Below, one piece after another: positions 35,607 to 40,318 of a stretch of 40,318 nucleotides of DNA. The notes under the pieces were generated by a model, which saw only the letters and a program-made list of their open reading frames with translations, was not told the DNA's origin and made no database searches. This stretch comes from a virus. Taxonomy: Duplodnaviria; Caudoviricetes. The stretch covers positions 1-40,318 of the IMG/VR virus record IMGVR_UViG_3300008255_002541. One strand, given 5' to 3'. The stretch's first letter is position 1. Each line of letters starts with the position of its first letter. A program made the position numbers and the translations under genes.

Positions 35607-37146
35607 CCGCTATCTCCATTCCGTATTTAGCGACTCCTGGCCGCCCCAGTTGTTCAGGGTCTAGGCCCTGCCATTTGTCAAGAATCATTGTCATGTACAT
35701 CGTCAGCATGAGGAGGCCGTACGCGCACGAGTCAATGAGGTCGTCTTTGTTCTTCCGCTTCGTGCGGTCATAATGCGACAGCTGTGCTGCGATTCCTATG
35801 TCGCCACGCGGCAATGCGTAGCCGCCCTTCGCAATCAAGGATACCCACGCGCCGATGCGCTCAGCTTTCTGAGTGATACCTGCTGGCAGCGCGTGAATTT
35901 CCAGGACTTCTTCAAGGTGGTCCTGAATCGCGTACAGGCGAAACAGGGTTCCAAGCGCTCCCTGCGCCGCTACGCTTTCGATTCCCCACAGCCACGCACG
36001 CCACTCACGCGCGAGTTCGCGAGCGACAAGATACAATCCGTACTCGTCCCACTTGCCGACGCGGTAGTCTACGACCATGGGTGGAGCGTAGCGAGGAATC
36101 ACATGCACCACAACGGCGCAATCGTCTGCGGACGTTTTCTCGCTGAACGCGGGATCAATTGTGATGAACGCGCCGATGATATCAGCAGCGTCGGGAATGT
36201 CCGCGTACTTGAGTCCGTCAGTTGCGAATCCATTGACTCCCGCGCCGGGCATGTTCATCATCTCGGCGAACCAGCCCTCGACTTGTCCGAGGTCTTGGTA
36301 TTCTTCGAGGTCCGCAGCAAGGACTTCTAAGGGCCAGCGGTCTGGCCAGAGTGGTGACAGCGTTCCGTCCTCGCCGAACACAAGGGAGCCGAGAACCACA
36401 GGATTCCAGTTTGGGCGCTGCGACAAACGAAACAGGAGACATGTGTTGCTAATCATGTTTCCTAGCCAGATGACCTTGCAGCGTCTCCCCATGGCCTTCA
36501 GGAAGGTACGAAACATCCACGTGTCCAGCTTCTTCTGAAGCATTTCGGTGGCCGTGTTATCAATATCTTCAAGGTCGTCCACGACTGCGATGTCAGGGCG
36601 TGCGTTATCGACGTTGATTCCTCGCATCTGCTGTCCTGCACCGGCGGCGCGCAATATGCAACGCTTCGTGCCGATGGAGAATATCCAGAGTCCGATGGTT
36701 TCTGATTCTTTGTGAATCTCAATCTCGCCGAACAAGGAAACAAAGTTGGGAGATTTCATGTATTCCATAATGTCTCGGCACGCGCCGATCGCAATTGTGG
36801 ACGTGTTGGAGAGATACACAGCGAATCGGTAGTCGCTGAACAGGAAATACCAGAGGACTGCCAGCTTCGCCAGCGTGGTTTTCGCATGATCGCGAGGGAT
36901 CGCCAGCAGGACTCGCGCTAGTGTATCGTCCTTGAGTCGATCGAAGATTGTCTTATGAAACTCGGGAACAGGAAACGCAAGATGCTCCGCGAGAAATACC
37001 TCGATGAACACCTCGCTTGATTCCTTCAGCAGATGCTTGATCGCGTCAAAGTCGACGAGAACCTGCTGCGTGTCCGCGTTGGGACCTGCCCCCGCACTGA
37101 CTCCGTCAATGTCTTCCTCGAAATCGCTTTGCCGGAAATCGTTCAC
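35599..37146 (-). CDS. terL: Terminase large subunit
   Basis: Walker A PRDHAKTT, Walker B VVDDLE, and nuclease motifs IDPA and DDLIDS. Confidence 0.95.
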   Translation of the reverse strand: MNDFRQSDFEEDIDGVSAGAGPNADTQQVLVDFDAIKHLLKESSEVFIEVFLAEHLAFPVPEFHKTIFDRLKDDTLARVLLAIPRDHAKTTLAKLAVLWYFLFSDYRFAVYLSNTSTIAIGACRDIMEYMKSPNFVSLFGEIEIHKESETIGLWIFSIGTKRCILRAAGAGQQMRGINVDNARPDIAVVDDLEDIDNTATEMLQKKLDTWMFRTFLKAMGRRCKVIWLGNMISNTCLLFRLSQRPNWNPVVLGSLVFGEDGTLSPLWPDRWPLEVLAADLEEYQDLGQVEGWFAEMMNMPGAGVNGFATDGLKYADIPDAADIIGAFITIDPAFSEKTSADDCAVVVHVIPRYAPPMVVDYRVGKWDEYGLYLVARELAREWRAWLWGIESVAAQGALGTLFRLYAIQDHLEEVLEIHALPAGITQKAERIGAWVSLIAKGGYALPRGDIGIAAQLSHYDRTKRKNKDDLIDSCAYGLLMLTMYMTMILDKWQGLDPEQLGRPGVAKYGMEIADA

Positions 37147-37847
37147 GAGTCAATGTCCCCATCCAGCGGCGTGTCGAAGGAAATCTCAAACAGACTTTTC
37201 GGGCGCGCCGTCTTCTGCCGAATCGCGGTTGACGGAGAGGTGGACACATTGTTGGGTACACGTGGAGACTCGTGTGTAGGAATCTCCATGTCGATGATTT
37301 CATCCTTGACTCGACGGCGCCCCAACAGCGCGTTGACTGCGTTCATGTCGGGCCGTCCGTTGGGATTCAGCTTGTCAATGTTCACGCTGATTTTGCGTTC
37401 TTCCGCGATTGAATCCCCGGAGGCGAACTTCTGCACAATGCGCTCCGTAAGGACCAGCGGGATTCGCGTTCCCTGATTCCCGTCAAGCACACGGGGCGTG
37501 TTGCGCACCCGCCGAATTGCCTTGTTGGCAACAGCAGCGACTCGCAGATTGAGGTCCGGGTCTTTGTTGAACTTGAGGGCGAACGCGAGATTCCCCAGGG
37601 CTTTGTGTTCGAGGTCATCCCAGCCTTCGTCTGTCTCAACATCCCGTTTCGCAGTCGCTCCCTGTGCTTCGTCCTTGAGTTGCAGGAACACCGGGTGCGT
37701 TTGGAGAGTCGCGAACTCGTCCTGACTCAGGTCAAAGCTTTCGCAAATGGCGGACGCGGAAATCCCGTACACCATATACTTCGCCACAGTCCGCACATGC
37801 TCCAGCGGAATCGGCAGCTCATTGACGTCTTTAGTCAGCGCGTTCAC
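37143..37847 (-). CDS. terS: Probable terminase small subunit
   Basis: Immediately upstream of terL with GTGA coupling; N-terminal HTH-like segment; RBS AAGGA. Confidence 0.65.
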   Translation of the reverse strand: MNALTKDVNELPIPLEHVRTVAKYMVYGISASAICESFDLSQDEFATLQTHPVFLQLKDEAQGATAKRDVETDEGWDDLEHKALGNLAFALKFNKDPDLNLRVAAVANKAIRRVRNTPRVLDGNQGTRIPLVLTERIVQKFASGDSIAEERKISVNIDKLNPNGRPDMNAVNALLGRRRVKDEIIDMEIPTHESPRVPNNVSTSPSTAIRQKTARPKSLFEISFDTPLDGDIDS

Positions 37848-38106
37848 GCTTCAGTTCCTTTCAATTCCCGGCATTCCAGTACGCTGGCGATTCATTAGGA
37901 ACCTGCTGAATTTTTTGCGCAACAGAATGAGAGAGCCATATTTACCCTGCCGGGCGGCAGATTCTTTAGGGGGAGTACCCCCGGCCCTGCGTCCAGCTGC
38001 TGTTCCAGCGCAGTGAGTGGCCAGTGCGCACGCTGCGCATGGAGTTGGCTGGGCCGCTGGTTGATTCAGGATGAGGCAATGGTTCACTCGTTGCTGTTGA
38101 AGGCAT

Positions 38107-38135
38107 AGTGTGACAGCGGGCGTGCTGCGTGTCAA
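38107..38135 (-). promoter_or_regulatory. Sigma70-type promoter for the packaging/structural operon
   Basis: TTGACA, 17-bp spacer, CACACT, with TG at the extended -10 position. Confidence 0.7.
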
Positions 38136-38185
38136 GATGATAGAGTATATGTAATGTTAGGGTAACTAAATGGCCTGTGAGTGTG

Positions 38186-38448
38186 AGGCGCAGCCTGTGT
38201 CTATGCGATCTACGATTGACTCGTTGCGCAGCAACACATTAACACGGCGCAGCGCAGCGAGCATCTTCGTTAATAACTATGAGCGCAGCGAATCATAACA
38301 GGAGCGCAGCGATAGCATGTGCGACAGCACGGCTACGCATCTTGCGAATCAACCCTGAGCGTAGCGAATCGTTAACAAAACCGAGCGCAGCGAGTTCTTA
38401 CGAATTAACAATGAGCGAAGCGAACTTCATTAATCCCGAGCGAAGCGA
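38186..38448. repeat. Array of (G)AGCGNAGCGA repeats and GNA-loop mini-hairpins
   Basis: Copies at 38251, 38281, 38302, 38357, 38383, 38413 and 38438. Perfect hairpins AGGC-GCA-GCCT (38186) and GTTGC-GCA-GCAAC (38223). Confidence 0.9.
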
Positions 38449-38483
38449 GGAAAATTTTTTGACTAGGTGGTAACATAGGAGTC

Positions 38484-38518
38484 AAAAAGAAAGCAGCAAG
38501 TGATGATTTGCTGCTTTC
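38484..38518 (-). terminator. Rho-independent terminator ending the right-hand early operon
   Basis: 11-bp stem GAAAGCAGCAA/TTGCTGCTTTC followed by TTTTT on -. Confidence 0.85.
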
Positions 38519-38573
38519 AAGTATTCACGGCGTCGGTTGAAGTAATGACGCGGTGAGAGTGCGTAATGCCTAG

Positions 38574-38777
38574 CTACATCGTATCAAAAACCGCGCTGGC
38601 TGGTGCGATCCACTCGGCGGCGGTGAGACATAGGATCATGGCGAGAGTTAGGACGATGATGATGACGCAATCACGGCGCGTCTGGGCGCGGCGCTGGCGG
38701 GTGAGTTGGTGCCAGTAGTCCAGCGATGCGTCGCGAGGGTTGCGTTGGGCGCTGCAACGGCGCTTGTGATCGGTCAT
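38574..38777 (-). CDS. Small basic protein with a C-terminal TM helix (67 aa)
   Basis: ATGA coupling; Arg-rich N-terminus followed by VIIIVLTLAMILCLTAA. Confidence 0.6.
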   Translation of the reverse strand: MTDHKRRCSAQRNPRDASLDYWHQLTRQRRAQTRRDCVIIIVLTLAMILCLTAAEWIAPASAVFDTM

Positions 38778-38956
38778 GGTGCGACACTCGCGTTGGCGCG
38801 AATAAGCGTCACTTTGGTGTATCCGCGCACGTTATCAACTCGGTTCTGTCCGCGCGCGTGGCTGTAGGTGTAGCCATGCTGAGTGATAAGGCGCATCACT
38901 GCGCTGTATCCGAGCGTGGCTTCTGGCTCTGTGTGGCTGTAGCTGATCTGGATCAT
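38774..38956 (-). CDS. Hypothetical protein (60 aa)
   Basis: ATG 38956 (MIQISY...) 8 nt after GGAG. Confidence 0.65.
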   Translation of the reverse strand: MIQISYSHTEPEATLGYSAVMRLITQHGYTYSHARGQNRVDNVRGYTKVTLIRANASVAP

Positions 38957-38976
38957 TGGTGTAACTCCATGATGCG

Positions 38977-39034
38977 TGATTGCATCGGGTCGCTGGCGAC
39001 AGCGTGAACCATCGCCAGCGGGCCGCTGCAATCA
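38977..39034 (-). promoter_or_regulatory. Long imperfect intergenic hairpin (possible RNase III site)
   Basis: Nested arms TGATTGCA/TGCAATCA and CGCTGGCGA/TCGCCAGCG with an internal loop. Confidence 0.55.
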
Positions 39035-39943
39035 GGCGTCGGTGTCGTCGTCGCTCTCGTCGGTGTCGTCGTCATCGGTGGCGAACAGGGCGTCGAGGTC
39101 GTCAAGCCCGGTGGCGTCGTCGCCAGTCGTGAACGTGACTGTCGAGCGGTTCGCTTCCCATGTGTCGAACAACTCAGTGTCGAGAACAACGTCTGTCTTT
39201 TCGTCCAGTGCCGTCCCGGCTTCCTTCTTGGCCGCGAGGTCGGCGTTGTGCTTCGCGGCAAGCTGCCTGAACAAGGAATAGGCGCGGGTGAACACTCCGG
39301 CCTTTTCCAAGTCGGGATACATCGTCTCCGCGAATGCCTCGGACTGGAGCGCCTTACGCAGTAACTCACTGTTCAGGTTGTACCGGGCGATGGCGGCCGA
39401 CTTGTTCATGGTCGCCAGTACCAACGGACGCAGGGCCGAGTACGCGCCGAGGTCGATGCGGACGCCAGCGGTGCGCGTGCTGATTGCGAAGTCGTCCACG
39501 GTCACCGGGAGTTGCGCGGGAACATCCTCGGGAGCGATACCTGCATCCGGCTTGGTTGCCTGCAAGTAACGCTGCAACAGGCGGCGATTGATCCCGGTTT
39601 CCCACTGGGACGCAATCCACTCCTGCCCTTTCTCGTCGGCCATGAACTGTTCGAAAGTCGGCGCATGGGTAACGAGTAGGGCGCGATCCCGGCTGGTCTG
39701 CTTGGGCAGCTTCTCGCGCAAGCGCACGATGATGATGTTTGAATCAACCGGAAAGTCATAGGTGGGTTCCCCGGCGTCGTTCTCGATCACCGGGAGATTG
39801 ATGACTTGGTCCACCGTGTCGGGTTTCAACTCCAACACCTTCTTCATGTAGGCGGCAGCTTCGGCGTGCTGCGCGGGCGCGAACACTTCACGCTGTGAGA
39901 CGTCATCGAACTTGGTGAGTTTGTTGATTGTCTGCATGTCCAT
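39032..39943 (-). CDS. Early protein with a highly acidic C-terminal tail (303 aa)
   Basis: RBS TGAGGA; first gene after a near-consensus promoter; ends DDLDALFATDDDDTDESDDDTDA. Confidence 0.85.
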   Translation of the reverse strand: MDMQTINKLTKFDDVSQREVFAPAQHAEAAAYMKKVLELKPDTVDQVINLPVIENDAGEPTYDFPVDSNIIIVRLREKLPKQTSRDRALLVTHAPTFEQFMADEKGQEWIASQWETGINRRLLQRYLQATKPDAGIAPEDVPAQLPVTVDDFAISTRTAGVRIDLGAYSALRPLVLATMNKSAAIARYNLNSELLRKALQSEAFAETMYPDLEKAGVFTRAYSLFRQLAAKHNADLAAKKEAGTALDEKTDVVLDTELFDTWEANRSTVTFTTGDDATGLDDLDALFATDDDDTDESDDDTDA

Positions 39944-40010
39944 TGTATCGGTTCCTCAAGTGAGGCACTGCGGAATTGCGGTGCCGGTCCGGGTCTCGCC
40001 CGGTTCACAC

Positions 40011-40039
40011 ATTCTATGCGCGCTGCCGCATGTTGTCAA
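40011..40039 (-). promoter_or_regulatory. Near-consensus sigma70 promoter (early)
   Basis: TTGACA (40039-40034), 17-bp spacer, TAGAAT (40016-40011), about 70 nt upstream of the 303-aa gene. Confidence 0.85.
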
Positions 40040-40318
40040 GTTCAAGATCGGCGGGAAACTGCGGGTTCTGGGCGAGCGTACAGCATTTCAGGCTTGTTGC
40101 AGTGCAAGCGCCGCCGGGTCGGGGGATGGTCGTGAGTGGCGGATTTCTGCCATTCTGGCGAGTTGCGAAAACCTAAAAACGGCGCTGAGTGGCTGTCTCG
40201 ACGTTCTAGGTACCAGCACAGCGGGCGCGCGAGACGGCCATCAGGCGGGCGTCTGCGGGCGTTCTAGGGCCAATGAGTGAAATTGCCTAAAAAATAGGCA
40301 GGATTCCGGGCTGAAATC

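Larger units (their letters stand above)
1..40318. mobile_element. Tailed dsDNA bacteriophage genome segment (podovirus-like organisation), incomplete
   Basis: Contiguous terS-terL-portal-scaffold-capsid-adaptor-fibre-lysis-nozzle-ejection protein block, plus a phage replication block. No tape measure, sheath or bacterial housekeeping genes recognised. Confidence 0.96.

Noticed and set aside
38220-38450. Repeat array as a CRISPR array or as ORF 38279..38473
   Set aside because: The repeats are only 10-11 bp with irregular spacers and no cas genes. The ORF has no RBS and simply translates the repeats.
40200-40272. CGTTCTAGG twice plus GCGGGCG repeats near the right end
   Set aside because: Too short and too few to distinguish from chance without the flanking sequence.

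Overview
The whole window is a partial genome of a tailed dsDNA bacteriophage, probably a short-tailed podovirus-type phage. Position 1 falls inside a gene, and no primase, RNA polymerase or integrase is recognisable. A + strand arm (1-9427) carries early and replication genes: a Sak4-like ATPase, a DUF669-like SSB, a SLOG protein, a family A DNA polymerase with a degenerate UDG-like N-terminus, a dNMP kinase, a DUF3987 helicase and a 3'-5' exonuclease. It converges at a hairpin terminator (9456-9489) with a long - strand arm: three early genes, a repeat-rich non-coding region, terS, terL, portal, scaffold, major capsid, adaptor, tail and fibre proteins, holin and M15 endolysin, nozzle and four putative ejection proteins. 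The most notable observations are: (1) a 50-aa Flp/Tad (type IVb) prepilin gene at 384-536, too short for the ORF track; (2) over-representation of GANTC, the alphaproteobacterial CcrM methylation site, in every region hand-counted, apparently built from synonymous codon choices; (3) a shared N-terminal leader AExFVxxRxxxxICY on the major capsid protein and one putative ejection protein, with no phage maturation protease visible; (4) an array of GCGNAGC mini-hairpin repeats upstream of the packaging operon; (5) a SPRY domain nested inside another SPRY domain in a tail protein; (6) a PolA with atypical motifs A and B, with motif B inside a codon-atypical patch. The pilin and the GANTC bias suggest an alphaproteobacterial host (inference). 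All calls come from reading motifs by eye, with no database searches.
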